This document shows positions 49,609-60,097 of a stretch of DNA of 64,000 bases, in pieces. Numbering within the stretch: the stretch's first letter is position 1; every line of letters starts with the position of its first letter. This DNA comes from an uncultured Pelagibacteraceae bacterium (GTDB lineage: Bacteria > Pseudomonadota > Alphaproteobacteria > Pelagibacterales > Pelagibacteraceae). The notes under the pieces were generated by a model. The model did not search any database. It was not told the DNA's origin and saw only the letters and a program-made list of their open reading frames with translations. Location: contig CACNXI010000001.1 of the NCBI GenBank assembly GCA_902624345.1, positions 11,082-75,081 of the forward strand, read 5' to 3'. The translations under genes and the position numbers were made by a program.

Positions 49609-50613
49609 ATGTCATTAAGAGAGTTAAAATTTTCAAATCAGATCCAAGAAGAACAAATTAAATCTGTCTATCACAAAAATTTTAATTATATCGTTACAGA
49701 AAGATTTTATTTCCAGCAACAATGGCTCCATGCTGCTTATAATAGATTTAAAGACTTTGATAAGTATTTAATTTTAATTCATTTAGTACATAAAACTTTT
49801 AAAGCATATGGAGACTTCCAAATTAAAAACACATTTGATGAGTTTTATTCAAAAGAAACTTATGAAATACCGAAAATAAATGTAATTGATTTATCAAGAG
49901 AATTATTAATTTCAAAAGAAACTACTAGAAGAAAAATTTTAGAAATGGAAAGAGATGGAGCAATTAAAAAAGATAAAAAAAAAATAATGATAAATCGTAA
50001 AGGACAAGAGTACCAAAAACCAAAAGATTCAATACGAAATATGGCTAGATTACTTTCAAGATTTACAGATTTTTTAAGTCAAGCAGGTTATTTAGACAAA
50101 AAAGTTGAAAACTCTGTTTTAGATAAAAAGATAAAAGATAATTTCACACAAATTTGGACTATCTTTTTTGAATTTCAAATACCAACTATTGTAGGTTGGA
50201 AAAAATTTTTTGGAGATATAGAGACTTGGGCTATCTGGGCTCAATGTGCTTATAATCAAAATCTTGTAATGAATAAAGGTTTTAAAGAAAGTTTAAGTCC
50301 AGAATTAACATCAGATAATTTCGTTGAAAAACTTAATAATTGGGGAAACCAAGGTTTAAATGCAATGACCATATCTGAGTTATCAGGAATACCAAGACCA
50401 ACAGCTCTTAGAAAATTAAATACTTTGATTAAAAGAAAATTGCTTAAAAAAGATAAAAATAATCTTTATCTTTTATTCGGATTACCAAAATTGGATACAA
50501 ATACTATTGAAAAAGATGTAACTTTAAAAACAGTTCGTGATATTAATAAAAGCAATGAAGAAAGATTTATTAGAATGTTAACGAAAATATTGAATACTAT
50601 CGTATTTAATTAA
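49609..50613 (+). CDS. Hypothetical protein with two winged-HTH-like repeats (putative DNA-binding regulator)
   Basis: INVIDLSRELLISKETTRRKILEMERDG and LNAMTISELSGIPRPTALRKLNTLIKRKLL. Confidence 0.65.
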   Translation: MSLRELKFSNQIQEEQIKSVYHKNFNYIVTERFYFQQQWLHAAYNRFKDFDKYLILIHLVHKTFKAYGDFQIKNTFDEFYSKETYEIPKINVIDLSRELLISKETTRRKILEMERDGAIKKDKKKIMINRKGQEYQKPKDSIRNMARLLSRFTDFLSQAGYLDKKVENSVLDKKIKDNFTQIWTIFFEFQIPTIVGWKKFFGDIETWAIWAQCAYNQNLVMNKGFKESLSPELTSDNFVEKLNNWGNQGLNAMTISELSGIPRPTALRKLNTLIKRKLLKKDKNNLYLLFGLPKLDTNTIEKDVTLKTVRDINKSNEERFIRMLTKILNTIVFN

Positions 50614-50798
50614 AGAGACGCAATAATACCAGTAATTACTATCACTGAACCAATCAAACCTAAGAATAAAAGATTTTCTTTTCTTTCTTTTTTCTTCTCG
50701 TCTCTAACTCTTGATAGTAAATCGTTGATATCAACTTTAATATTTGGCGTTTTTTTAAGCTCTGCTTGTTGATCGTAACTTGATGTTTCTCCACTCAT
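50610..50798 (-). CDS. Small protein with C-terminal TM anchor
   Basis: 62 aa, VDINDLLSRVR, charged linker, one terminal hydrophobic helix. Confidence 0.6.
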   Translation of the reverse strand: MSGETSSYDQQAELKKTPNIKVDINDLLSRVRDEKKKERKENLLFLGLIGSVIVITGIIASL

Positions 50799-50888
50799 AA
50801 TTTGTATTTAACACCACCCGATTCGGTTTTTCAAGAAAAGTGTTGTTCAAAATGAGTTACAAATTTTCATGCCCCGTTCAAAATGGTC

Positions 50889-53330
50889 CTACAACGAACT
50901 AAGCTTCTTATCATTGAGGGGTCGGGTGATCACAGATGCTGGGTATTTTTTCTTCTCAACCTCTATCTCAAAGGCTTCTTTGTCTATCTGGTCGCTAGTT
51001 AAACCTGAATTAATGTAGCCAAATGCTAAATTTTTGTTGTAATTAAAAGAATAGCACCCTGAAGTTGTACGACCCACAATCTTATCTTTCAAATAGATCG
51101 GCTCGTCGTGAAGCAGAAGAGGTGCTCCTTCTTTAGAATGGTTCAAAATGAGCATTTTAAATTTCTTATGTTCCTTTTTGTCACGTTTTTTTTCTAAGGC
51201 AGCTCTTCCAATAAAATTTATATTCTTTTTAAAACTGACAGCAAAGCTTAACCCTGCCTCAAATTGATTTTCTTCAGGTGAAATATCGTGGCCCCAATGT
51301 AAATAACCACTTTCCATCCTCATAATATCCATTGCATGCATTCCACAAAGAGAAATTTTATAAGTTTTTCCCTCATCGATCAAAATATCAAAAAGTTTTA
51401 AAGCATTTTCTTTTTTTACATAAAGTTCAAAGCCTAATTCTCCCACGTATGAAATTCTTTGAGCCCATACTTCTACATCATTTATTTTAACAAATTTAGC
51501 TGTAGCAAATTTAAAGTTTTCATTAGAAAAATCGTCTGAACTAATTGAAGAAATCATCTCTCTACTTTTTGGTCCAAATAAACCTAAACAACAATAGTCT
51601 TCAGTAACGTCTGTTAATTTCACATCTTTAGAAATATGCTTTAAAATATGAAATTTATCGTGTTCTCTATTTGCAGCAGAAGAAACAATTCTAAAATAAT
51701 TTTTATCAATACAAATAACAGTTAAATCAGTCTCAATTCCACCGTCTGAATTTAACATTTGTGTATATTTAATTTTACCAGGTTCGTTTGGAATATTAGC
51801 TGTACATAAAATTTGTAGCTCTTCATGTACTTTTTCCCCTTTTAAATCAAATTTTGAAAAAGGTGATAATTCAAACAAGCCTACATTTGATCTTGCATTT
51901 TTTGTTTCAAACTCTGCACTTGGATACCAGTTTTGATAATTATAACTATATTTATAATCTTTATTTTTTTCATCTTTTGAAAACCACATAGGTCTTTCAT
52001 AGCCACCAGAAACTCCAAAACATGCACCATGTTCTTTTAATTTATCATGATAAGGAAGTGTAATTACATTTCTTGAAGTTTTGTGTTGTTTATACGGCCA
52101 GTGCATTCCATATAGATCACCAAGTGTTTCCGTAACTCTTTCTTTTATAAAATTAATACCAGAGTGGAATTTTTGAAATCTTTTAATGTCATAACTAAAA
52201 ATATCTTCATTAATATGACCATTCATCATCCATTCAGCTGTAACTTTACCAACTCCACCAGCACTTGCTATTCCAATACTATTTAAACCACAACAAATAA
52301 AAAAGTTTTTAACTTCAGGAACTTCACCTAATAAAGTATTTGTGTCTGGTGTAAAAGATTCTGGTCCTGCAAAAAACTTTCTAATTCCTGTTTTTTCTAA
52401 AATAGGAAATCTTTTCATACATGCATTTAAATAAGGTTCAAAGTGTTCAAGATTTTCTGGAAATTCACCAAAAGAAAAATCCTCTGGAACTTTATTAGTT
52501 TTATTAAATGCCGGAATAGATTTTCCCTCAAATATTCCTAAAAGTAATTTTCCTGCATCTTCTTTAAAATAAGTTCTACTATCAAAATCTCTAATTACTG
52601 GTAAATCTTTTGGTACTTCTTTTATTGGTTCAGTAATTACATAAAAATGTTCAGCAGGATATAATGGAATACTTACGCCTAACTTTTCTCCAATTTGTCT
52701 TGACCACATTCCTGTTGCTAAAACAATGTATTCACATTCAATTTTTTCTCCATTAACAACAACACCTTCAATTCTTTTATTCTTTACTAAAATGTCTTCA
52801 ACAGGTGAGTCTTCAAAAATTTTGGCTCCTTCTGCTCTTGCAGCTTTTGCAAGTAATTGAGTTATTCCTGAAGGATCCCCTGATCCATCTCCGGGCATTA
52901 AAATACCACCTAACAAATCATCGTTTTTAATTAATGGAACTTTTTCTTTTATTTGATCTTTATTTAAAATTTGAACATCAACATCAAAAAGTTGAGCAGT
53001 TGTTGCTTGTCTTTTTAATTCTTGCCACCTTCCCTCTTCTTGAGCAATTGACATTGCACCATTTAAACGAAGTCCTGCAGAATGATCTACTTTCTTTTCA
53101 AGTTCTTTATATAAATCTAAAGAGTATTTTCTTATTTTTGTAATTGTTGCAGAGGGTCCTAATTGACTGACTAATCCTGCTGCATGCCAAGTGGTTCCTG
53201 ATGTTAATTTATCTCTTTCTAAAAGAATAACATCTTTCCATCCAAATTTTGCTAAGTGATAAGCGCAAGAACATCCAACAACCCCACCACCAATAACGAT
53301 CACTTTAGCTGAACTGGGAATTTTTTTCAT
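50889..53330 (-). CDS. GcvT-family FAD-dependent dehydrogenase (dimethylglycine/sarcosine dehydrogenase-like)
   Basis: GGGVVG, SGTTWHAAG, PESFTPD, SYVGELGFE; 813 aa. Confidence 0.9.
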   Translation of the reverse strand: MKKIPSSAKVIVIGGGVVGCSCAYHLAKFGWKDVILLERDKLTSGTTWHAAGLVSQLGPSATITKIRKYSLDLYKELEKKVDHSAGLRLNGAMSIAQEEGRWQELKRQATTAQLFDVDVQILNKDQIKEKVPLIKNDDLLGGILMPGDGSGDPSGITQLLAKAARAEGAKIFEDSPVEDILVKNKRIEGVVVNGEKIECEYIVLATGMWSRQIGEKLGVSIPLYPAEHFYVITEPIKEVPKDLPVIRDFDSRTYFKEDAGKLLLGIFEGKSIPAFNKTNKVPEDFSFGEFPENLEHFEPYLNACMKRFPILEKTGIRKFFAGPESFTPDTNTLLGEVPEVKNFFICCGLNSIGIASAGGVGKVTAEWMMNGHINEDIFSYDIKRFQKFHSGINFIKERVTETLGDLYGMHWPYKQHKTSRNVITLPYHDKLKEHGACFGVSGGYERPMWFSKDEKNKDYKYSYNYQNWYPSAEFETKNARSNVGLFELSPFSKFDLKGEKVHEELQILCTANIPNEPGKIKYTQMLNSDGGIETDLTVICIDKNYFRIVSSAANREHDKFHILKHISKDVKLTDVTEDYCCLGLFGPKSREMISSISSDDFSNENFKFATAKFVKINDVEVWAQRISYVGELGFELYVKKENALKLFDILIDEGKTYKISLCGMHAMDIMRMESGYLHWGHDISPEENQFEAGLSFAVSFKKNINFIGRAALEKKRDKKEHKKFKMLILNHSKEGAPLLLHDEPIYLKDKIVGRTTSGCYSFNYNKNLAFGYINSGLTSDQIDKEAFEIEVEKKKYPASVITRPLNDKKLSSL

Positions 53331-53374
53331 TTTTAATAGTATAATATTTAATTTTTATTCTTAAAATAATTTTT

Positions 53375-53587
53375 TTATTTAGAAACTCCATACTTACTAA
53401 ATTTATACCACGCTCTCTCATGGAAATAGTAAAGGAACATTTTAGTTAACACCTCAATCCCAGCTATTGTTCCAGCCCAATCAAATTTTCCAGTAATTAA
53501 CCAAGCTATTAAAAACGTATCTAAACTAGCTATTACTCTCCACGTTACAGTTTTTGCTAAATGTCTTTTTTTTTGTACACTTTTCAT
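53375..53587 (-). CDS. DUF2061 family small membrane protein
   Basis: R...KTVTWR, YYFHERAW. Confidence 0.82.
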   Translation of the reverse strand: MKSVQKKRHLAKTVTWRVIASLDTFLIAWLITGKFDWAGTIAGIEVLTKMFLYYFHERAWYKFSKYGVSK

Positions 53588-53692
53588 AATTGCCTTTCAT
53601 TTTTAGGCTCCGCAATTATTAAGTATATTAAATAAAGGTTTAATTTATTAGTATATATTATTTAAAAATTGTAAATAATTATTTAAATTTAA

Positions 53693-54811
53693 TTAGTTTT
53701 TTATTGCTTCGCCTGCACTGACATATTCATGACCAAAAACATCTGCAACAGCTTTATAAGTTACATGTCCTTTATGAACATTAAGTCCTGCTAAAAAGTT
53801 CTTATCTTCACCTAAAGCTTTTTGATAGCCTTTATTCGCTAATTTTACTAGGTATGGAAGAGTTGCTTTATTAAGTGCGAATGTAGAAGTTCTAGGAACT
53901 CCCCCAGGCATATTAGCAACACAATAATGAACAACATCATTTACTATATATGTTGGATCCCCATGAGTTGTTGGCTTACTTGTTTCAACACATCCACCTT
54001 GATCAATTGCAACATCCACTATTACTGAACCTCTTTTCATTAATTTAAGCATATCTTTGGTAACTAATTTTGGAGCTTCTGCGCCAGGAATTAAAACACC
54101 ACCGACTAATAAATCAGCTTCAGAAACTAACTTATTTAAGTCAACTTTATCACTTTGTTCTGGGATAATTTTATCACCAAAAATTTTAACTAATTGTTTT
54201 AATCTCTCTTCAGACTTATCAACTATATGAACTTTTGCTCTCATGCCTGTTGCAATAATTGCAGCGTTCTCTCCAACTACTCCACCACCAAGAATTAATA
54301 CATTTGCAGGTTCACCTCCTGGTGCACCACCTAATAAAATACCTCTGCCTTTTTGATTTTTTTCTAAACAATGTGCTCCAGCTTGAACAGACATACGACC
54401 AGCAACTGCACTCATTGGTGCAAGTAATGGAAGTCTACCATTATCATCTGTAACTGTTTCGTAAGCAATATTAACACTTTTCGATTTGATTAATCCTTCG
54501 GTAAGTTCTTTTGCAGCTGCTAAATGAAGATAAGTATAAAGAATTTGATTTTCTCTTAACATATCTACCTCAACTTTTTGAGGCTCTTTTACTTTAACTA
54601 TTATGTCTGCATCATTAAAGATATCACCAGCGGTTTTTGCAATTTTTGCTCCAGCTTTAGTATATTGATCATTATCAAAACCTGCTTCAAATCCGCCATT
54701 GTTTTCAACTAAAACTTCATGACCTTCACCTACTAAGGTTTTTACACTTTCAGGAGTTAATCCAATTCTATTTTCTTGAGGTTTTATCTCTTTGGGGACA
54801 CCAATTTTCAT
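53693..54811 (-). CDS. ald: Alanine dehydrogenase
   Basis: GVPKEIK..ENR, YLHLA, PMSAVAGR, AIDQGG, VANMPG. Confidence 0.97.
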   Translation of the reverse strand: MKIGVPKEIKPQENRIGLTPESVKTLVGEGHEVLVENNGGFEAGFDNDQYTKAGAKIAKTAGDIFNDADIIVKVKEPQKVEVDMLRENQILYTYLHLAAAKELTEGLIKSKSVNIAYETVTDDNGRLPLLAPMSAVAGRMSVQAGAHCLEKNQKGRGILLGGAPGGEPANVLILGGGVVGENAAIIATGMRAKVHIVDKSEERLKQLVKIFGDKIIPEQSDKVDLNKLVSEADLLVGGVLIPGAEAPKLVTKDMLKLMKRGSVIVDVAIDQGGCVETSKPTTHGDPTYIVNDVVHYCVANMPGGVPRTSTFALNKATLPYLVKLANKGYQKALGEDKNFLAGLNVHKGHVTYKAVADVFGHEYVSAGEAIKN

Positions 54812-54819
54812 AAAGAAAA

Positions 54820-56160
54820 TTAATTCTTTTTACTTTTACTATAGTTAGTAATTCCAGTTCTTAGTTTCTCAATTATTTCATCAATATGTTTTTTCTCACA
54901 AATAAACATTGGTGCAATAATTAAACAGTCTCCAGTAGCTTTGAAATTTACACCCGCATCATAACAATGTTTAAATGTTGCAAGTCCTGCTCTGCCTGGT
55001 TTTGTATCCATTTTAATGTCGATACCACCCATCATTCCATATCCTCTGATGTTTTCTACAACATCAATATCTTGTAATGAGAATAAACCTTCTTGGAAAT
55101 AAGGAGATAATTCTTTTGCTCTTTTAAAAATATCTTCTTTTTCAAATATATCTTGTACTGCTAAAGCTGCTGCAACAGATATTGGAATTCCAGAATAAGT
55201 GTAGCCATGGAAAAGTTCAATAACTCCTTTAGGAGAATTATCCATTACTGCATCATAAATTTCTTCTTTACATGCAACTACACCAAAAGGAACAATTCCA
55301 TTTGTTGTAGCTTTTGCCATTGTCATGATATCTGGAGTAACACCAAACTCCTGTGCACCGAAAGTCGAACCTGTTCTACCCCATCCAGTAATTACTTCAT
55401 CAAAAATTAAAAGAATATTATGTTTGTCACATAGTTCTCTTAGTCTTTGCAAATATCCAACTGGTGGAACAAGTGTTCCTGTAGATCCTGCAATTGGTTC
55501 TACGATACATGCTGCAATATTTTCAGCACCAAAGTTTGTACAAATTCTCTCTAAGTCATTTGCAATTTCTGCACCTGTTTCAGGTTGACCAGATATAAAT
55601 TTATGTTCGTCTAAATGAGTATGTCTCATATGAACTACACCTGGCATCAAAACACTTGCATATGCTTTAACATTATTGATCATTCCGCCTACAGAAGTTG
55701 CTCCGATATTCATACCATGGTAAGCTCTTTCTCTTCCAACAAATCTAAATCTCTGTCCTTCACCTCTTGCTTTGTGATAAGCAATACTAATTTTAATTGC
55801 GGTTTCAACAGCAGTTGATCCACAAATTGTATAAAAAATTCTATTTAAGTTTCCTGGAGTATGTTTTGAGATTCTAGTTGCTAATTCAAAAGATCCACCA
55901 AAACCTTGTTGAAAGGGTTGTGCGTAATCTAATGTTTTTAATTGATTTGTAATTGCATCAATAATTTCCTTTCGACCATGACCAAGTGGATTACAAAAAA
56001 GTCCAGAACTTGCATCTATTTGAGTGTTTCCCTCGTGGTTTTTTAAATAAACACCTTTAGCTTCTGTTATTAATCTTGGTCTTTCTTTAAAGTCTTTATT
56101 GGATGTAAATGGCATCCAATGTTCATTAAGTGAATTTGGTATTGAAGGTTTTTGACTCAT
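54820..56160 (-). CDS. Class III omega-amino acid:pyruvate aminotransferase (taurine/hypotaurine/beta-alanine type)
   Basis: WMPFT, AYHG, FDEVITGWGR, MAK, HGYTYSG; divergent from tauABC, upstream of ald. Confidence 0.88.
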   Translation of the reverse strand: MSQKPSIPNSLNEHWMPFTSNKDFKERPRLITEAKGVYLKNHEGNTQIDASSGLFCNPLGHGRKEIIDAITNQLKTLDYAQPFQQGFGGSFELATRISKHTPGNLNRIFYTICGSTAVETAIKISIAYHKARGEGQRFRFVGRERAYHGMNIGATSVGGMINNVKAYASVLMPGVVHMRHTHLDEHKFISGQPETGAEIANDLERICTNFGAENIAACIVEPIAGSTGTLVPPVGYLQRLRELCDKHNILLIFDEVITGWGRTGSTFGAQEFGVTPDIMTMAKATTNGIVPFGVVACKEEIYDAVMDNSPKGVIELFHGYTYSGIPISVAAALAVQDIFEKEDIFKRAKELSPYFQEGLFSLQDIDVVENIRGYGMMGGIDIKMDTKPGRAGLATFKHCYDAGVNFKATGDCLIIAPMFICEKKHIDEIIEKLRTGITNYSKSKKN

Positions 56161-56340
56161 TTTTATTTATCCTTAATCATTAAACTAATTAATATTAATT
56201 AACTATAAAAATCTATTATACCAGCACAACCAAAAATTGAATAGTCTATTTTGACACCCATTCCTGTTAACAACTTCATTTACTTTGGCTCTATTTTCAA
56301 CTTTAATACTGGTTATAAATTTTAATAAGGAGAGGAATAA

Positions 56341-57282
56341 ATGAGAAAAATACTAAGTTTTATTCTTGGAAGTATATTAGCTCTTAACTTAACTATTTCA
56401 GTTGCTAATTCAGCTGCAAAAGAAGTTAGAGTTGCTTACTTTTTAGAATGGCCTAGTCCAAACCTGGAGGACATGCAGAAGAAAAATTTTGCTAAAGCTT
56501 TAGGTGTACCAGTTAAGTGGACTAACTTTACAAACGGTGGAGCAATGACTGACGCTATGTTAGCGGGAGACATCGATATTTCTTACTCACAAGGTTTAGT
56601 ACCTTTCATAAACGCAGTTAAATCTAAAGCACCTATTAAGCTTGTAGATATAGCTATGGAATATGGAATGGGTGGAACAACTTGTGTAACTTCAAATGCT
56701 TCAGGTATTACAAAAGCTAATGCTACTGAACTTGAAGGTAAAAAAGTTGCTGTACCACTAGGAACAATGGCTGAATACGTTTTTGATGAAAGTATGAAAG
56801 TTGTTGGTGCAGACAGAAAAAAAATGGATATCATTCAAATGGACCCTGAAGAAGGTGCTGCTGCTTTAGTAAGTGGTGATGTTGTAATGGCATGTTTATT
56901 TGGTGGTAATTCAATTAAAGCTGCAACAGCTGTCGGAACAAGATTACTTACAGTTCAAGAAGCAAGAGACGCTGGTATCTTAGGAATAGATATTACTTCA
57001 GTAACTACTAAGTTCATGAAGGAAAATCCTGAAATGCTAAGAACTTTTATTGAAGTTACTCATGAAGCTAATGCTAGATACAAAGCTGGTAAAAGCGATA
57101 TGAATTCTATGTCTAAAGCTTCTGAAATGAAAGTTGGTGATATGAAAGAAACTTTAAGTGGTTTTAAATTCTTAACACCAGAGGAAACTAAACAATCTAT
57201 GACTAAAGGAAATCTTGATGCATTCTTAAAAGGAATGGGAACACCAAGAGGAAACGTAGACACTAGTTTCTTACCTTTATAA
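56341..57282 (+). CDS. tauA: Taurine-type ABC transporter substrate-binding protein
   Basis: Signal peptide, VAYFLEWP, DISYSQG; first gene of an ABC operon, strong RBS. Confidence 0.8.
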   Translation: MRKILSFILGSILALNLTISVANSAAKEVRVAYFLEWPSPNLEDMQKKNFAKALGVPVKWTNFTNGGAMTDAMLAGDIDISYSQGLVPFINAVKSKAPIKLVDIAMEYGMGGTTCVTSNASGITKANATELEGKKVAVPLGTMAEYVFDESMKVVGADRKKMDIIQMDPEEGAAALVSGDVVMACLFGGNSIKAATAVGTRLLTVQEARDAGILGIDITSVTTKFMKENPEMLRTFIEVTHEANARYKAGKSDMNSMSKASEMKVGDMKETLSGFKFLTPEETKQSMTKGNLDAFLKGMGTPRGNVDTSFLPL

Positions 57283-57302
57283 TCTGAAGGTAAATCAGAA
57301 TT

Positions 57303-57341
57303 AAATAGGCGCCAATTTTTTAATTGGTGCCTATTTTTTTT
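57303..57341 (+). terminator. Intercistronic hairpin/terminator after tauA
   Basis: AAATAGGCGCCAATT-tttt-AATTGGTGCCTATTT then T run. Confidence 0.8.
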
Positions 57342-57368
57342 ATACTAATTTTAATGTAAGGTCTTGTT

Positions 57369-58166
57369 ATGAGTGATTTAGTTTCTCAAAATCTAAATAT
57401 GATCTTTAAATCTCCAAAAGGAGAAACTGTTCATGCATTAAAAGATTTGAATTTCACCATCAAAAAAGGTGAGCTATTAACAGTGCTTGGTCCATCAGGA
57501 TGTGGAAAAACAACTTTACTAAACATTGCAGCTGGTTTTATTAGACCTACATCAGGAACAATTACTTTAGGATCAAATGAAATTAATGGTCCTGGAGTTG
57601 ATAGAGGAATGGTATTTCAACAAGGCGCTTTATTTGAATGGTTAACTGTTTCTGAAAATGTCAACTTTGGATTAAGAATGAAAAAAAAAGATCCGGGTGA
57701 AACTCAAAAAAAAGTTGATGAGTGGTTAGAAATAGTTGGTCTTAAAGGTTTTGGAAATACTCCTACTTATCAATTATCAGGTGGTATGCAGCAAAGAGTA
57801 GCGCTTGCAAGATGTTTAATTAATGATCCTGATTTAATTTTAATGGATGAACCTTTAGGTGCATTAGATGCTTTAACTAGAGAAAAAATGCAATCACTTG
57901 TTTTAAAAATTTGGAAAGAAACTGGAAAAACAATTATCTTAATCACTCACTCAGTTGAAGAAGCTTTGTTATTAGGTGAAAGATTATATGTGATGGCACC
58001 AAGGCCAGGCAGAATTCATAAAGAGTATAAACTTCCATTTGCAGAAATGGGTTTAAAAGAAGACTTAAGAGAAATTAAAAAAAATAAAGAATTTTCATCA
58101 AAACGAGAAGAAATACTATCCATGATATGGAACATGGAAGAAGAAATAATGGGGAAAGATAATTAA
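57369..58166 (+). CDS. tauB: Taurine/sulfonate-type ABC ATPase
   Basis: GPSGCGKTT, LSGGMQQR, MDEP.GALD, ITH. Confidence 0.88.
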   Translation: MSDLVSQNLNMIFKSPKGETVHALKDLNFTIKKGELLTVLGPSGCGKTTLLNIAAGFIRPTSGTITLGSNEINGPGVDRGMVFQQGALFEWLTVSENVNFGLRMKKKDPGETQKKVDEWLEIVGLKGFGNTPTYQLSGGMQQRVALARCLINDPDLILMDEPLGALDALTREKMQSLVLKIWKETGKTIILITHSVEEALLLGERLYVMAPRPGRIHKEYKLPFAEMGLKEDLREIKKNKEFSSKREEILSMIWNMEEEIMGKDN

Positions 58167-60092
58167 ATGTTCACCCAGTTTATTACAATATTAATTTTGG
58201 TATCCATTGTTGGATGTATTCTTTATGGAAGAAGATTAATTCGAACAGAAAAAGTTGACGCTGTATTTGGTAACCCTGAAAGAGCAAAAGGTGGAACGCA
58301 TTGGATTATTGTTGGAAGCAGTGCGATACTATTAATTTGGTTATATTATTCTTGGGATATAGCAAAAGGTTTTTATCCTAAATCTGCTAATGAATTATGT
58401 CAGGTTGCTAAAGTAAATGAATCTCTTTTAGGTTTAAAGTACCAGTTTCCAATAGAGGAAAGAGAATTTAAAAGTACATCAATAATTAAAATTGAAAATA
58501 AAAACCTTCAAATAATCACTAATGAAATACAAAGCTCTCCAGATTTAAGCAGTCCACAGAAATCAACTTTAGTTGGATTTATAAACGAGACGAGGCAGTT
58601 AATTCCATTACTAACAAACGAAAATTTAATGGAAACAGATACAAAAATTCAGATTAAAGAGATGACTGAGGAAATAAGACTTTTAACGTCAAACTTCAAA
58701 AAAAATGATTACCCATTTGAAACTGATGAACAAAGAAATGAAAGACTAAGAGCAGTATCTGAAGAAGGTGGTTGGGGTATCACAAAAGTTCAATCTGGCA
58801 CAGGTTCAATCGAAAACACAATTGAAGTACCTTTAGTTCCAGCTACTAATAGAGGTCTTAAATTTGACGCTGCTGCAAAAGAACTTGAGATAATAAATGA
58901 TAAATTCTTTAAATTAAGAAATCATAACCCACAATTCAAAAATTCTATTAAAGCTTTAAAAGATAAAATTAAAGAATATAGAGGTAACTTAGATGATACA
59001 GAGGAAGCGGCATCTACTTATGCAAAAAATATTGTTAAAATTGCTAGAAGAATAGAGTTTGCAAGTATTTATCCACCAAATGCATTAAATGAAATGCAAA
59101 AGGCAATTATTGAATTCGACAATGTTCAAGAGTCTGAACAAGGCGGATTAAGATTTGTAGATATGTTTTTATTTCCTGCGGGAACAATTGTATCAAGTGG
59201 AACAAGTTGTTCTGAACAGGGTTCTGGAAGATGGTTACCTAAACCATCAGATACTCTTAATAAATTTATCTTAATGTCAAAACCAAGTGTTGGTTACAAA
59301 AATATACCATTGCTTTGGATAGATATGATGGATGTAAGTAAAATTATTGGATTTATTTTACCAGATTGGATTGCAGATATTCTTCCAGGTGAATATCCTA
59401 CTCACACTAAAGACGGTGTAGTTGAGCAAAACTTTAAAGGAAGAGTTCTTAAAGTTGTTACAGGAGATTTCAAATTATTTAAAATTCCTGTACCTTACGG
59501 GCATATTTGGGATTCATTTTTAAGAGTATTTTTAGGACTTATCTTTGGAATTTTAATTGGAGTTCCTCTTGGATTATTTATGGGTTTAAATAGATTTGCT
59601 AAAGGCTTCTTTGATCCTTTAATTGAACTTTACAGACCTGTACCACCATTAGCATGGGCTCCTTTAATCATTTCAGTTTTAGGTATCGATAATACTGGAA
59701 AAGTATTCTTGTTATTTATGGTCTCATTATCAATCATGATTATTTCTGCACGAGCTGGTGCATCTGGAACTCAACTGTCAAAAATTCATGCAGCTCACTC
59801 TCTTGGCGCGTCGAAAAAACAAATTTTAAGATACGTAATCTTTCCTAATTCTTTACCTGAAATTCTTACAGGAATAAGAGTGGCGGTTGGAATGTGTTGG
59901 GGAACACTTGTTGCAGCAGAATTTTTAGCAGGTACTACTGGAATTGGATTTGTTGAAAATGTCGCGAAAAAATATTTCCAATATGAAGTTATTTGGATAA
60001 CTATTTTCATTATGGGTATGCTGGGACTATTATTCGACGTTACATTAAGAAAAATAATAGATAAAACTATCCCATGGCGTGGAAAAGGATAG
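58167..60092 (+). CDS. tauC: ABC permease (TauC-like) with large extracytoplasmic insertion
   Basis: C-terminal RPVPPLAW, AAHSLGAS, LVAAE core; 641 aa total. Confidence 0.8.
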   Translation: MFTQFITILILVSIVGCILYGRRLIRTEKVDAVFGNPERAKGGTHWIIVGSSAILLIWLYYSWDIAKGFYPKSANELCQVAKVNESLLGLKYQFPIEEREFKSTSIIKIENKNLQIITNEIQSSPDLSSPQKSTLVGFINETRQLIPLLTNENLMETDTKIQIKEMTEEIRLLTSNFKKNDYPFETDEQRNERLRAVSEEGGWGITKVQSGTGSIENTIEVPLVPATNRGLKFDAAAKELEIINDKFFKLRNHNPQFKNSIKALKDKIKEYRGNLDDTEEAASTYAKNIVKIARRIEFASIYPPNALNEMQKAIIEFDNVQESEQGGLRFVDMFLFPAGTIVSSGTSCSEQGSGRWLPKPSDTLNKFILMSKPSVGYKNIPLLWIDMMDVSKIIGFILPDWIADILPGEYPTHTKDGVVEQNFKGRVLKVVTGDFKLFKIPVPYGHIWDSFLRVFLGLIFGILIGVPLGLFMGLNRFAKGFFDPLIELYRPVPPLAWAPLIISVLGIDNTGKVFLLFMVSLSIMIISARAGASGTQLSKIHAAHSLGASKKQILRYVIFPNSLPEILTGIRVAVGMCWGTLVAAEFLAGTTGIGFVENVAKKYFQYEVIWITIFIMGMLGLLFDVTLRKIIDKTIPWRGKG

Positions 60093-60097
60093 TGCTA

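Noticed and set aside
47578-50888. Prophage
   Set aside because: No structural, replication, terminase or integrase genes
56161-56340. Riboswitch in the aminotransferase/tauA divergent spacer
   Set aside because: No recognisable glycine, SAM or TPP aptamer consensus and no convincing stems by eye
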